DNA from: Isurus oxyrinchus
Taxonomy: Eukaryota
DNA: 64,000 bases
Reading direction: 5' to 3'
NCBI GenBank assembly: GCA_026770705.1
Contig: JANJGN010000008.1
Coordinates: 159,836,001 to 159,900,000, forward strand
Under the pieces are notes generated by a model. That model was not told where the DNA came from, searched no databases, and saw nothing but the letters and a program-made list of their open reading frames with translations. Shown piece by piece: positions 50,224-63,561 of the stretch. How positions within the stretch are numbered: position 1 is the stretch's first letter; every line of letters begins with the position of its first letter. Both the position numbers and the translations under genes were made by a program.

Positions 50224-51890
50224 ATGGTCCTGAAACTGAAGAAGATTGCAGCCTCCAGGTTCAGCAACGCATCCTTTTGGATGCCATGGAGGCCCATTGG
50301 GGTGTCCTCGACCCCCCCCCGGCTCTGGCCGCAGGATGGGCAGCAACAGCACTAACCCGGCTTGGGAGGCAGTGGCAGCCGTGGTCAGTGCCAATGCCCT
50401 TCAAAAGAGGACAGCCACCCAGTGCCGCAAGAGGATGAATGATCTCCTCCATTCCGCCAGCGTAAGTCACTCTTCTCATCACTCTCAACTCACACACTCA
50501 CAAACCCATCACACACCCACAGGGCCCTCACTCACTGCCAGTTCAAGGGACATCACCATTCAGTCTCTCACACACATCTGTCCTCATCCCGTCCATGGGA
50601 CTACTCACCACCCACGTACGCCAGGCATACTTATCATCTGGCCTAGCAGGCGTCCTGCTTACACTCTCACTCCATCTCTATTGATGCAGGACAAGCTGGC
50701 ATACAACAAGAGGGAGAGGTCGCAGGCGATGGAAGAATGCCTGAAATCAAGGTCCTCATGGACTTTGAAAACAGAGCCATCCAGCCGGTCCTGTTCTGAC
50801 GGTGAGGTCAGCGCTGCTCTACCAAGTGACGATCCAGCAGTGCAACATCCATCAGACAACCATGCTGTGAGTGATGTGTCCTGTTTCACAGGCCACTACT
50901 ATGCACTAATTATCTCTCCTTGCTTTTGCAGGCACATCTGGGAAGCAGCCAAGAGAGTCCATGACCCAGGGCCTCCAGTCAAGCCCTGAAGAAACCTCTG
51001 AAGAGTAATCTGAAGGCACCCTGCTTGAAGTCCCATCACAGCGCTCACCTACACCTTACACCAGCCTAGAGACGCACCCTCAGTGGGATCTAGCTTTAGA
51101 ATAGCCTCGGGATCACAATCTGGTGAGCACATCGCACTGTCTGATCCACAGCAGGCAGAGGCAGGGACTTCCCAGGTCCCCGGCACTCAGAGGATTGCTG
51201 GAGGCCAGAATGTTGCTGAGTCCGAGTCAGGTGATGAACCTCCAGACTTGGTCATGTCACAGTTGCTGGAGCTGTAAAGGCCAGATCAGGAACATCAGGA
51301 AGGGGTGTCTGCTGCACTCCTCAGATTGCAAGGCACGATGGAGGAATCTGCCTTCTTGCCAGCATGCCAACGCACTGAAGTCAACACTGGTATGATGGTG
51401 GCTACCATGGAGACCTTGGTCCAGGACTTTGCTCCTTCACTGCTGCACGGGCTCAACTCCATCGCTGAGGCCATAGTTGGCCTCCAGCAGTGTATATGTG
51501 AGAGGGGTGCTGGGAAGCTCAATCTCACTCCAGCCACCCCTTCTCCTCAAGGAGTTAGCCTGGGCCCTTGGATGTCCAAAGGGAGGAGGATCAGCAAGTG
51601 CACACTTCGGAGCCATCCACTCAAGTGATTCCAAGAGTGACCGGCCCCTCTGAATCCCCTGTTCCTGTGATCTCAGCAGCTCCAGCTTCACAGGCTGAGG
51701 AGGGTGTCACTGCCACACAGCAGGACCCTGAAAGCAGACCAGGGCCTCCATGTCTCAGCCCTCCAGAGGACACCCGCCAAGGTCATTACAGACAGGGTGT
51801 CGCAGTCAGCAGGCTGCCTCCACCTCTGCTGTGGATGTCCTGGGAGTACCAAGGTGTAGTGGCAGGGTTAGGAAAGTTAAGGAGAATTAG
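50224..51890 (+). pseudogene. Harbinger Myb/SANT-like DNA-binding protein, spliced and decayed
   Basis: AWEAVAAVVSA..RTATQCRKRMNDL motif; introns 50462-50689 and 50867-50931 with GT-AG; AATAAA at 51945; stops and frameshifts. Confidence 0.8.
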
Positions 51891-52659
51891 TTGCACAGCC
51901 TGAGCACGGGTGTTAATCACTGGTACACACTGTTCACTATTGTCAATAAACTCCTAAGAATGTCTCCTTGCCTGTGGCTCCCTGTTCTGATGAGCAGCGT
52001 TCTTATTATTCAGATGTGAAACCTTTCTGCACATGATAAAGGCAGATGTCTCAGTCCAGGCCTCTTCCCTGTGCAGCCTTCAGACCAAAGTGATGGTCCA
52101 GCCTCACACGCCCTGGAAACACTACTGATGCCTGCACCTCAGCAGTGCTGGTCATTGCTGCCAGACTGTAGTGGGCAGGCACCACAGAGTTCTCTCATTC
52201 TCTCGATGTGCTCTCAGCACCTTTAAGGAGGGGCTGTCCCCCATCTCTTCAACATCTGTGACCACCCGGAGGTGGGGGGGAATGGTGGGGGCACCAAGAT
52301 GCAGCACTCGAAAACTTAAGTTTAAGGCACCATGAGCACAAGAGGAACTGTGTATGGGTGATCTTCTGTTCTGCCATGTTTTGTTTATATGTCTACTGCT
52401 GTGGGCATTAACACCAGATATAATAATGTTCATTTGTTTTGACTGTCAAAATTATATAAATTTTGCTTTCGTCTTAATGGCCTGAGTATGCTTCACCTCT
52501 TTTTTTTGATGCAGGGTACGCCAGTAACTAATGCTGGATGTGAGTGGCTCTAAACTTTATTGCACAGGCACTGAGTGGACTTTGGGTGTAAATGAAAGGG
52601 TCACTTCGGGCATCTGAGATGGAGGCAGCAGCCCTGGCATGAGGTGGTAGGAGATCTAT

Positions 52660-53950
52660 GGCAGCCTGGCTGAAGGAGCCCTGGATCAAGGCATCCCTGG
52701 TGTCCCTGCCTCCCTGGAGGTTACTGAGGTCTGCCTCCACACCCTCAGTGTTCTCCTCACTGTTCTCCCTTTCTGACTCACTACTGGATTCATCATTTGT
52801 GACCTATGGAGCTGCCTCTTCCTCCAATGAGACCCCGGTTGCCAGTGTCAGATTGTGGAGAGCGCAGTATTCAACCACTATCAGTGACACCCACTCTGGG
52901 GAGTATTGTGATGCTCCCCCTGCATGGTCCAGGCATTGGAAGTGCATCTACAGAAAATCTATGGTCCTCTCTTTCACTGCCTTTGTGGAGGCATGACTCC
53001 TATTATAACGCTGCTCCTGCCTCAGTTCTTGGGTGGCAGAGAAGCATCATTAGCCACATTTTCAACGGATAACCCTTGTCACCCAGCAGCCATCCATCCA
53101 GTCAGGATGGAGCACTGAATAACCTCGGCACCTGGGAGTGTCTGAAGATATAAGCATCATGGGAGCTGCCAGGGAAACTTGCACAGACTTGCAGAATCTG
53201 GGTCTTGTGGTCACAAACTATCTGGGCGTCCATGGAGTGGAATCCCTTCCTGTTGACGAAGGCACCCGGCTGACCCGCTTGATGGCCACATGTGTGCAGT
53301 CGATTGCACCCTGGTTGCGGGGGAACCCAGTAATTGCTGCAAACCCTCTGGCTCGCTCAGCCTGGCTGGCCTCGTCCATTCGGAAATGAATAAATGTCAT
53401 TACCCACCTGAACAGAGCTTCCGTCACCAGCTTGACACAACTGTGGACAGCTGATTGGGAGACATCACACAGATCCCCGACTGACTCCTGGAAAGAGCCG
53501 GAGGCATAGAAGTTGAGGGCCACTGTGACCTTCTGAGCCACTGACATGGGGTATCCACCCACACAGTTGGAGCTAATCTCAGGCCCAATCATCTGACAAA
53601 TGGAGGTCACTGTCTCCCTTGAGAGGTGGAGCCTCTTTTGGCATTGCATCTCAGACATATTGAGGTAGATGCATCGCCGCCTGTAAACCCTGGCAGCAGG
53701 ATAGTGGCATCTTCTGTGGCCTCTTATGTCTTAGACTACCGGCTGGCCTGCAGCCCTTGTGCCTGCGCCTCTCCTCCCTAAGGTCGCTCCCCTGGAAGCT
53801 ACATTGGAACACATGGCCTCCTCTTCCTTCTGCCCCTCTCTTCCTCCAGTGGAGAGCGTAATCCCCATTACAAGGGTTACAGAAGGCTGTCTGATACCTG
53901 GAAGGGTTCACATGGTCAAAATTCTCCGGGGGCCTTGGGGACACCAATGA
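52660..53950 (-). pseudogene. Harbinger (HARBI1-type) DDE transposase, decayed
   Basis: VALNFYASGSFQ, GAIDCTHVAIK, FPGSSHDA, GDKGYPL motifs; AATAAA on the minus strand at 52556-52561. Confidence 0.9.
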
Positions 53951-56000
53951 GTCCTGAAATGAAGCCTGGAAATGCTAAGAATCTCAGAACAGAGATGAAG
54001 CTGTCAAGTTCAAATAAGCAACCAGCAGCAAAGTATCTCCTAAACCCCTCACTACTCACGCAGGCAATGCTGCTGACCCTTTTTGTCCTGACCTTGGATG
54101 AAGTTTTGCAAAAAGTAGGCTGCCCACCTGCCTGCTTTGCTCCTGCGATGAGCGCAAAATCACATGGGCAACATAAAATCACGAACAATTGCCTTTGTAA
54201 TGGCCTTAAGTGACCTTTTAATTGATGGTGGGTGTGGCTCTGACACCAGCGCGTACCTGCTGACCTCACGCCCGATCGGTCGGGCGCATGCTGGTCCACA
54301 AGGCGCCTGTGAGGAAGCAGAGAAAGGTAAGAGAGACTTTTTCTCAGCTGGATTAGTTTCCACATATTATTTAAATTTTTGTGACTGCACACATTTCTTA
54401 TTTACAAATCTCACCTCTTTTTTCACAAATTTTTGAATAATGTTATTTCTGGCAACAGCTGAAATCGCTATGTAAACATGGAGAACCTGTAAAAAGTATG
54501 TCAATATTCTCGATAACGGGTACAATATCTGCCCGTTATACTAGTTGCAAGTCTTTCACCCTTGTTGATGCTGCGGCTCAAGTCACCGAGATCTCCACGC
54601 CATTTTGCTTGAAAGAATAATGGCGGTAATTTTTGTGAAAGATATTTGTGGAACCAGATTGTATGAATGGGGACTCACCTCATTTCCTGCTCCCACTCCC
54701 AACCTGTGCCTACCCTAGAATTGACTAACTTATTTTATGTAACTGAAACCTGGCTATTGAAAATAGGCTGGGCATCTTGTTGAGGGCATCAGTGGGTGGC
54801 ACAATTCTCTGCCCACTGAAGTTGACTGAGAATTGAAATTAGCTCTGATGTGTCTATTTATCTTTTTATAGTTTCTCTGAAAGTTGCAAAACGCTTACAT
54901 TTTTAGATTTTGCCTCATTATCTTTTGTCATGGCTTCCCTTCTTCCATGACTTACCCCTCCGATACCTGGCCATAGCCTTGCAGTCTGCCTCCAACAACC
55001 GTTCTGTCCCCACTCACGTATCATCCTGCATTCTCATTCACCCTTGAGTCAGCAAACGGCTGATTCTAGTGTGTCCCCTTTCATCAAGTAGGGTGAACTT
55101 GGTGGCTAGTAGCTTGCAGTCCAAACCAATTTAATCATTCAGACCGCATTACCACAGTAATTCAGAGCAGTTCACTAATCTGGGCAAGGGATATGATCAC
55201 TCTGAGGAACTGAACCTGTTCAGGTTAAGAGAGGCAACCCTAGGGCGGGTGACTTTGGAGGGGTTGGGCATTGTGGGGGTGCGGGTTAGATTTTTGTGGA
55301 AACAGAAGGAGCATTGATATGTCATAAAAGTTACTAATATGTAACCTGCCCATTCTGGAATGGTCTCTAGTGGTCCCTAGAAAGTTGACTGGTCCCTTCA
55401 TTGGTATTTGAAATTTGCATTTGGGGCCTATTTGCATCATAGGACCCCAGCTTAGATTCTGTAATGTGGCTCCTTGGCTCTGGCGCCTGTCTGTAGGCCC
55501 CAATTAAAATGGCGGTGGGGACAGCACAATTGAGAATGGCGTGCTGAGTTCTGAACTTTGCTTTTGAGTGTGAAACTGTCCCATTTCAGGTAGAAAATGG
55601 GGTTGAAAATTGGGGCATGTTCCAATGTTACAGTTGGGAATATGTCAACCTTGGCTTGTGGTGGCACTGCAACCTCCTGAGGTCAGAAAATTCCACTTCA
55701 GAGACTTGAACCCATCGTCTAGGCCATGGGTGGGGAACCCCCGTCCCGGTGTCCGGGTCTGGCCTGTTGCACGTTTTCATCTGGCCCGCGGTGAGATTTC
55801 AAAAAACTATCTCGTGCGTATGATACATATGTCTCTGCCATTTTAGGCCTCACACTTCCCAGCCCATTTCCCGAGAGCTGTCGAAATCTGGCCCTGTCCC
55901 CGACATGCTGCACTCAGGGCCTGGCGGCACCATGTTCTGACATCTCAGCCTCGGCCACAGTCACCAAAGGCCCAGGCTGCGGGGAGAGAGCGAGGCCCGA

Positions 56001-59000
56001 TGTAATAGATTTGATGTATCGGACAGGTTTCTCACTTGAAACAGATAACTTTATTACAGAGCTCGTTTAGAAGCTACGCACTTGAACCAAGTCCATAACT
56101 AGAAAGCTCCGCCCCTAAGATTACCCCCGTTTAGGGCTCATTCGTCAGTACAATCAGGTGACCCCTAAAGGCAGTAGGAAAGGTTATCCTTACAATCACT
56201 ACATTTCCTCCCCCTTTAGTTTTTTTAAACATTTCCTATTAACTAAGAATATTGTAATCCACAATGTATACATTTATACACAGGTCATGTGATTAAAGAT
56301 TAATTCTCTGAGGTGGTTTTCTAATTTGGTTAGAGTGGAGTAGCTCTACCACGAGAGATTCTCCCACTGGGTCGACATGATCAGGAACAGCAGCATCAGG
56401 GACATCCTTAGACAGTGGCAGTTAAGGATTTCAACAGAGACATCAGGCATGTCTATTCTAGGTCAATCTGTCACCTCAGGGATTAAAGGTTTGACATCAA
56501 TTACAGGTGGAACAGCCGGTTGTTGGATTGTCTCTCTATTCCTCAGATGATCCACATGTTTTCAAACAATCCGGTCTTCCACTTCCATCTGGAATGACAA
56601 AGGTCCAGTTTCAGAGACAATTATACAGGAACCCAGAAAAGTCAGTTTCCAAACTTGCGCACAGAAACTGTACCTCCCACAGTAAATCTTTGAGCTTTGC
56701 AATGAATATTTCTGACTACTCTGGTTCTTCACTACCTTCCCCTCTAAGTTTGGAAACACCAGACCTAACCTTGTACGAAGACAGCGTTTCATCAGTAATT
56801 CAGGTGGAGTGGAACCTGTGATTGCACAAGGGGTTGTACGGTAATTGAGAAGAAAGTGTGAAAGTTGAGTTTCTAAGGTACCTTTGGATAACTTTTTCAT
56901 TCTGGATTTGAAAGTTTGCACTGCTCTTTCTGCTAACCCATTGATGAGGGATGATATGGTGCTGTTTTAATAAGTTTAATTCCATTTGAACTCATGAATC
57001 TCCGAAATTCTGCACTAGTGAAGCCAGTTCCATGATCTGATACAGTGATTTCTGGCAGGCCATGTATACTAAAACATTGGTGCAGATTTTCAAGTTGCAC
57101 ACAATGTTGGTGATCTAAATCCATACACATCCCTTCACTTAGAATGCGCATTGATGCTCAATAAAAATATGGTACCTAAAAATGGTCCTACATAATCGAT
57201 ATGTAGTCTAATCCAGGGTCCACCAGGCCACTCCCACGGATGCAGTGGAGCTGAAACGGGCAACTTCTGTTGTTGCTGACAGTGGAGACAGTGCTTGATC
57301 ATGCTTCCAATGTCACTGTCCATGCCTGGCCACCAGACATGGCTTCACACAAGGATCTTCATCTTCAAAATGCCTGGATGTGCACTGTGAAGCTCTGTCA
57401 AGAGTGTTTCTCTCCTTTGCGAAAGGACGATGACTCTTAATCCTCACAGCAAGATTCCATCTTGACAACTTAACTCTGTTTTATAGGAATAGAATGGTCT
57501 TATCTCTTCAGGCACTAGGACATTTGACGATCCTTGCAATACCTGGTCTCGGACTTTTGCCAAAATTGGATCCCTGTTTGTCCAATTCCTTATTTGCTTC
57601 ACGCAGACCAGTGAAGAGTCCAAGGAATTCAAAACAAGCACAACTTCTTGTGGCACTGGAGCATGTACAATGCTACCTGCTAATGGGAGATGACTGAGTG
57701 CGTCCGCATTTGCAATATGCACACCAGGTCGGTGTATCAAGGTATACTCATACACCGATAAAACCAAAGCCCAACGCTGAATTCTTGCTGAGGCTATTGG
57801 TGGAATGGTTTTATCCTCAGTAAATAAATGCATTAGTGGTTTATGGCCCAACACTATGATGAAATATCATCCACGCAGATACTGATGGAATTTCTTCACT
57901 CTAAATATAACTTATAGACCTTCCTTTTCAAGTTGTGAATAACCCTTCTCGGCTGCAGGGAGGGTTCTGGAGTCGTAGTCTATTGGCCTTTTGGATTTGA
58001 TTTCTGTCTTTTCTCCTTCTGTTTGCCGCAGAGTTTTGTCTCATCCTTCATGTTGATTTCACAGTCGGCCAAATTTCTCTGGTGAAATCTTTGGGTGGTT
58101 CAGTTCAGTGATTGAGATACCCATGCTACCCAAGGCTTCGTTACCCACTCACGTCTTGGAAAGTTCTGTGACTTTTCCTTCCAATGCCTCTTGTTTCAAT
58201 CAGCTGATTCTTCAGCTCTTCTGTCTCCTTCTTGTATTGCTTGGCTACCTCCTGGAACATTGAACACTGTTGAGTCTTCTCTGCCAACTGTTTCTTCAGT
58301 TTGTTCAGAGTGGCACTGTGGTTGTTTTGTTTTCATGATTTTCCTGTGGTACTAACTCTGATCTGAGGGATCCTTGCATCCTGTAAAGGTCCTTCAATTC
58401 TCCTAGCTCATTCCAAAATGTACTGTTATATTCCCTTATCAACTCAGGAACTGTCCCTGTTCTCACTTGAAAGATTTCTGACCATTTGAGCTTAACTTAC
58501 TGTAACCAATCGTGGCCCAGACACTAGGTCCTTCACCTGTCACTATGCTCACTGGAAGCTGGGCTGTCTGTTGCTTATAGGACACAGGTACTGTGGTGAT
58601 GCCCTTTACCTGTATTGACTCTCCAGTGTATGTCTTCAGTTGAGCCATGGTTTGTTCCAGATTCAGTGGCCGGGCATCTTCATTTAGGTATTTAAATGTG
58701 TGTTCTCCCACCACTGTGCTGGAGGCTCCCATGTCTACCTCCATGACTAGAGGCTTCCCATTCACTTGAAGGGTGATGGTTATTGGTTCAGTTTTTACCA
58801 CTTTGACATTGTATAGGGAATAGATATCAGTATCAGCAGCTTCTGGTTCTGTTATACTGTGCACTTCAATCACCTTGGTTTGCTGTCTGATGGGCCGTCT
58901 CGATTGCTTTATTGTATGCATTTTTTTGTGGCAGTAATGGCAATCTGCCTCCTTAAATCTGCAGGTTTCTGGTACATGGTTACCCCCACATCTGTAGCAG

Positions 59001-59928
59001 ATTAATTTCTGAATCGCTGCTGTAATGCTTCCATTAAGCCTTTTCGTTTTTCGAGCAGCAGAGTCTATCTCCCGCTTTGTGGCTGTCTCTCTCTGGTTTT
59101 CACCCCACGCCCGGCAGTAAGTTCCCACCCCAGCTGAAGAGTGGCGCCATGTTGCACACTCTGTAAAGCCTGCGAGTCCCTCTCAGCGCTCTCCATTGCT
59201 AGCGCTATTTCCACGGCACGCTTCAAAGCAATGTTAACTTCTGTAAGTAAACAGCGCTGAACGGCATCATCATGAACGTCACAAACCAACCGGTCCCGCA
59301 ACATGTCATTGAGTGAATCTCCGAAGTTGCAATGCTCGGTCAACTGCTTCAACTTCGGTATATAAGTTGCGATGGACTCTTCTGGGGCCCTTACCCTGGA
59401 GTTAAACTTAAATCTCTGTATAATTACCGATGGCTTCGTCTGAAAATGCGTCTTCACAAGGTCTACCCACTCGTTAAAAGATTTAGAATTGGGCGCATTC
59501 GGGACCACCAGACAAACACTTCAAAGAATTGCTTTCTGATTCTCTTCCACTATCATTTCATTCGCCACAAAATAAAAACCTAGATGCTCTATGCACTGGC
59601 TCCAGTTTTCCATGGACGAGTCATAAAGGTCGACTCTGCCAAAGAGTAGCATAGCATTCTTTCTTTCTTTCCTGAAGAATTGATGTACTCACATTCACAA
59701 GGTGACGTGCAGCGTTGGAGCTATTTATCCATTATCGCTAAATGTAATAAACTTGATGTACTTGAAACAGATAACTTTATTGCAGATCTTGTTTAGAAGC
59801 TCTTGCTTGAATCAGGCTCACGACTAGAAAGCTCCACCCCTAAGATTACCAGTCCTTGGGGCTTATTCGTCAGTACAATCACGTGACTCCTACAGGCAGT
59901 AGGAAAGGTTATACCTACAATCACTACG
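56001..59928 (-). mobile_element. Gypsy/Ty3 LTR retrotransposon, defective (RT missing)
   Basis: LTRs 56001-56203 (TG..CA) and 59743-59928; 5-bp TSD CCCGA/CTCGA; PPT AAAGGGGGAGGAAA; gag with zinc knuckle CYRCGGNH, protease VD(M)GA, RNase H-like RPIxYxSRTL and IQRWALVL, integrase HIDYVGP, SDHGTGF and APYHPSS. Confidence 0.95.
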
Positions 59929-60234
59929 CTCGAGATCCAGGAGCAGGAGTGCAGGGCAGAGGTGGGAAGCTGTCCAGCTGCCAATCAGGTGGTGAAGTGT
60001 GGGTAACCCGGGCTGGGGAGAAAAGGAGTGGGGCACCCGTCTCCATCGGTGGCTCCCCACCCCCCCCCACCCCTTTCAGCTCCATTGGTGTCCCAAGACA
60101 GGGTCACAGCCTCTGCAGACTGAGGAAGAGGCCCAGGCTCCAGGCCTTGGAGCTGCAGCCTTGGATTGGGAGTTGGCCAGAGACTTGAGTTGTTGAGTCA
60201 TGCCCTGGGCTGGTTTGTAGGTAAGGCAAAGTGG

Positions 60235-60535
60235 GAAAGAAGAGGGAGAGAGAGAGAGAGAGACAGAATGGGAAAAGAGAGAGAGAGACAGACAGAAAGA
60301 GTGGGATAGGAAAGAGAGACAGACAGACATAGTGGGAAAGGAGAGAGAGACAGACAGACAGAGTGGGAAAGGAAAGAGAAAGAGAGAGACAGAGTGGGAA
60401 TCGGAGAGAGTGAGAGAGAGACAGACAGAAAGAGCAGGAAAGGAGAGAAAGAGACAGATAATCAGAGTGAGAAAGGAAAGAGAAAAAGAGACACAGACCA
60501 AGTGGAAAAGGAGAGAGAGAGACAGACAGAGAGAA
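60235..60535. repeat. GA-rich low-complexity tract inside the hAT element
   Basis: (GA)n / GAGACAGA / GTGGGAAAG units. Confidence 0.9.
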
Positions 60536-63500
60536 AAGTCAGTTGTGTGTAGCAACATCATAAGTGCCGGCAGACATAAAAGGCTCATTAAGGAAAAGCA
60601 GACTTAGCCAATACATTAAAGCATTGGGTGAGTTGAACAATTCTGTATTCTTACTAAAAAAATTAATTAAGTTGTTTTTTATGTGTGTGTGGCCTGCGAC
60701 TGATTTTGTCTGTGTGAATGGCCCTTGATAAGATAAAGGTTCCCTACCCCTGTTCTAGGCTGACACTGCAGTGGAATACTAAGAGAATGCTGTGCTGTCT
60801 AAGGTGCTGCCTTTTGGATGAGACATTGGATATAAAACATCCCATGGCACTATTTTCAGAGGAGGAGGGGAGTTTGCTTGATGTCCTGGCTAACATAATC
60901 AGTGTCACTAAAACATATTACTCGGTTATTTATCTCATTGCTGTTTGTGGGATTTTGCTGTGTGCAAATTGGCTGCCACGTTTCCCGATGTTACCACAGT
61001 GACTATACTTCAAAAGAGCTTAATTAGCTGTGAAGAACATTGGGATGTGCTAAGAATGTGAAAGGTGCTATAACAATTGCAAGTTACATTCATATCTATA
61101 GTTGTACACTATCATGCTCCTGTGTGCATGTTTAGAGGATCTGACTCTGCTGCAGATCCCACATCATGTTAGGATGGCTCAGTCTTTTTTGACAGCAGAA
61201 GGAATTCTATTCCTGAATGGGTAGTCTCCACACGGAGCAGCATTGACCAAGTGATGTGATGCATCTCTTCGGATGTCTAAGGTGGCATGAATTATTTATG
61301 GCAGCTTGTCTAAGCTCTTCTCCACTTTGGGTGTATTAGGATATTTTTTAACTGTGTGTGACAAAGCACAAAGCACTTCCACCCACTGAGTAGTAGAGAA
61401 TGAAAGTCTCCACGTAAACCTAAAAGGATAACTGGAATAAGAGAATAACAAGAAAAGTGCTTGTGATAATATTGAGCTACAAGCTTACCTGATCACTATA
61501 TTTAGATTAATGTATTATGTTCTATTTGTTGTTAAAATAATTATTCAGAATTGTAGTTAATTTCGGCACATTTTTGCATGATATGTACACCTGTGAAGTT
61601 GCTCCCTATATACAGATCCAAAGGGCTCCATGTAGTTCCTCAGCCAAGAACTGATCAAACTCATCCAAATAAGTTGAGCAAATCCATCTGACAGTTATAG
61701 CTAGCCTCAGGGCTTCAATACAGGTCCTTCAGCTAGGCATCAAATCCTTAGTTGCTTGAGTTTCTGGACTGTGGAAGGATTGTTTGTTCATTAATCATTT
61801 TTTCAACTCTTTTGAAATTATTATTGAAAATATTTTTCATAGTATCTCAATTATTTTGTGACAACAATCAAAATCCCTTTACAAGAGCAACATTTTTCAT
61901 AATTATGCCAAATGATTTTCAGAATAAGGTTTGCAGCACAAGGTGGAATGACTAATTATTATATGAAAACATTCCCAAAACCTAGCCTTAGGTCAGCAAT
62001 CTGTCCTATTTCAATTATTTTTCTTTATTTCTATAAAACCCCCAATGCTTTCCAAGAGAATCAAAAAAAAATCAGGCCAGAGGGAAACAGGAGGAACAAA
62101 ATGTTCCACCCATATATTAGACATTGAGATATCCCACCTGAAACTAATAACCCTTATTAGGTATAGCTGTCAGGTTCTATTCTGTCATCAAGACTAAAAC
62201 CTGTTACTATAGCAATGTGAATCAAATAATCTTGATGTTGCTGTGACGGTCTGTTCAAAGTCTAGACTCTGACTTTTATAGCATCACAATCTTCTGCCCC
62301 TATGGTTTAATGTAAGACTGCCTCTTGAAGTTTATTTTTCCCTGAAAGGAATATTGATCTATTCCAATGCATTTCACATCAAGGGAAAAATAAATAATTT
62401 GTCAAACTGGATACACCCTTCAGAACTGAAAATGTTCTGACATAAAAGGAACTTTCTGCAGGTGTGAAATATATAGATCCTGGATGTCCATGAGTGAATT
62501 ATAATGCAATAATATAATTGAATGGGTCATAAGTCTGAGCTGATTGTGTACCGTGTCTTGGCCCTGAGATGGATTATGATCTTTACCCTTCAAATATCCT
62601 AACATTGAGCAATGAAAATGTTTCTTACAGCTCCCTGAAGATAGTTTATTCATATTTCTCACAAGTCCAATGCATCTTTAACCTCTGACTTTATCTATAG
62701 TTCTTCATCTATTGATGTTTTTAAATGCACTGCAGTAGGTTTTCAACTTGTCACCCAGGCATAAAACTGATGTTGTAAGACAGCCACCCATAATAGAAGC
62801 TGCTGGATTTTCAGTTCCATTGATGCCAATGGAACCATTGTTCCTCTGAACATCTTTCTTTTCTTCCTGCCATGCTCTATATCATTATCCAGCATGGCTT
62901 CCCTGCATCATCAGTGTGTTTAAGATCAAGATCCGTCACACTGCTTAATACTCTATCTCTTTTTCTGCAGATTCAGAAAACTATGGAAAATTTTCAGCTT
63001 TTCTTCCATTCTACCTAACTTTGCATCTTCTGATTTACCTCATTTTCCCTTCTCAGCTTTAATGATGTTCAGAATATTATGACACAGCCGATGGTCAAGG
63101 CCGAGTTGTTCAAATCCCAGAGGGAAACTTGAAACAACTGTCATAACCCATTTTTGCAATTTGTATGTTTCAAGATGCAAGCGTTGAATTCAGTAGTAAT
63201 AAGACCACTGAGTCTCAAGAGGTTTTTTACAAAAATTAAATTAAACATTCATTAATACCAGAAAAATTGTAAGCACATACATATTTCTACAAAATTACTA
63301 CAAAAATTCCCTAATTAACCTGGCTCTCAGTTACATCCCCGTTAAGGCAACAGTAAAACACACAGATTTAAACAGGCCCCTGGCAAAGCACACCCTGGAC
63401 AGTCGCATTCAAAATGAGTTTCTTTCTGCTCTGGATCCTTGCAGACAGACTTGAGGCTTACAGGCTGGAGGCTTTAGATCTTAGAATCCCTCTTTTTATC

Positions 63501-63561
63501 AACGGCTTTCTCTTCCTTTATACATATTTTCCTCTTTGAATGCAAATTCTCATTGTCACTA

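Larger units (their letters stand above)
49945..54302. mobile_element. PIF/Harbinger DNA transposon remnant with two convergent genes
   Basis: Left end GGGGTGGAATCGTCC; Myb/SANT-like gene on plus and DDE transposase on minus; right TIR not found. Confidence 0.85.
55725..60752. mobile_element. Non-autonomous hAT (Charlie-like) element, interrupted by the Gypsy element
   Basis: TIRs CATGGGTGGGGAACC / CAGGGGTAGGGAACC; 8-bp TSD (G/T)TCTAGGC at 55717-55724 and 60753-60760. Confidence 0.85.
55650..61085 (+). mobile_element. DeuSINE-like tRNA-derived SINE with an L2-like tail, split by the hAT element (55650-55724 + 60753-61085)
   Basis: The two parts join seamlessly across the hAT TSD (TCTAGGC-TGACACT); ends with GAAAGGTGCTATA..TGCAAG, an L2-type tail. 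Confidence 0.7.

Noticed and set aside
60076-60607. 170-aa and 91-aa ORFs
   Set aside because: Translations of a GA/CT low-complexity tract.
63078-63561. Solo LTR
   Set aside because: LTR-like by feel, but it is interrupted at 63562 and no second boundary or TSD is visible in the window.
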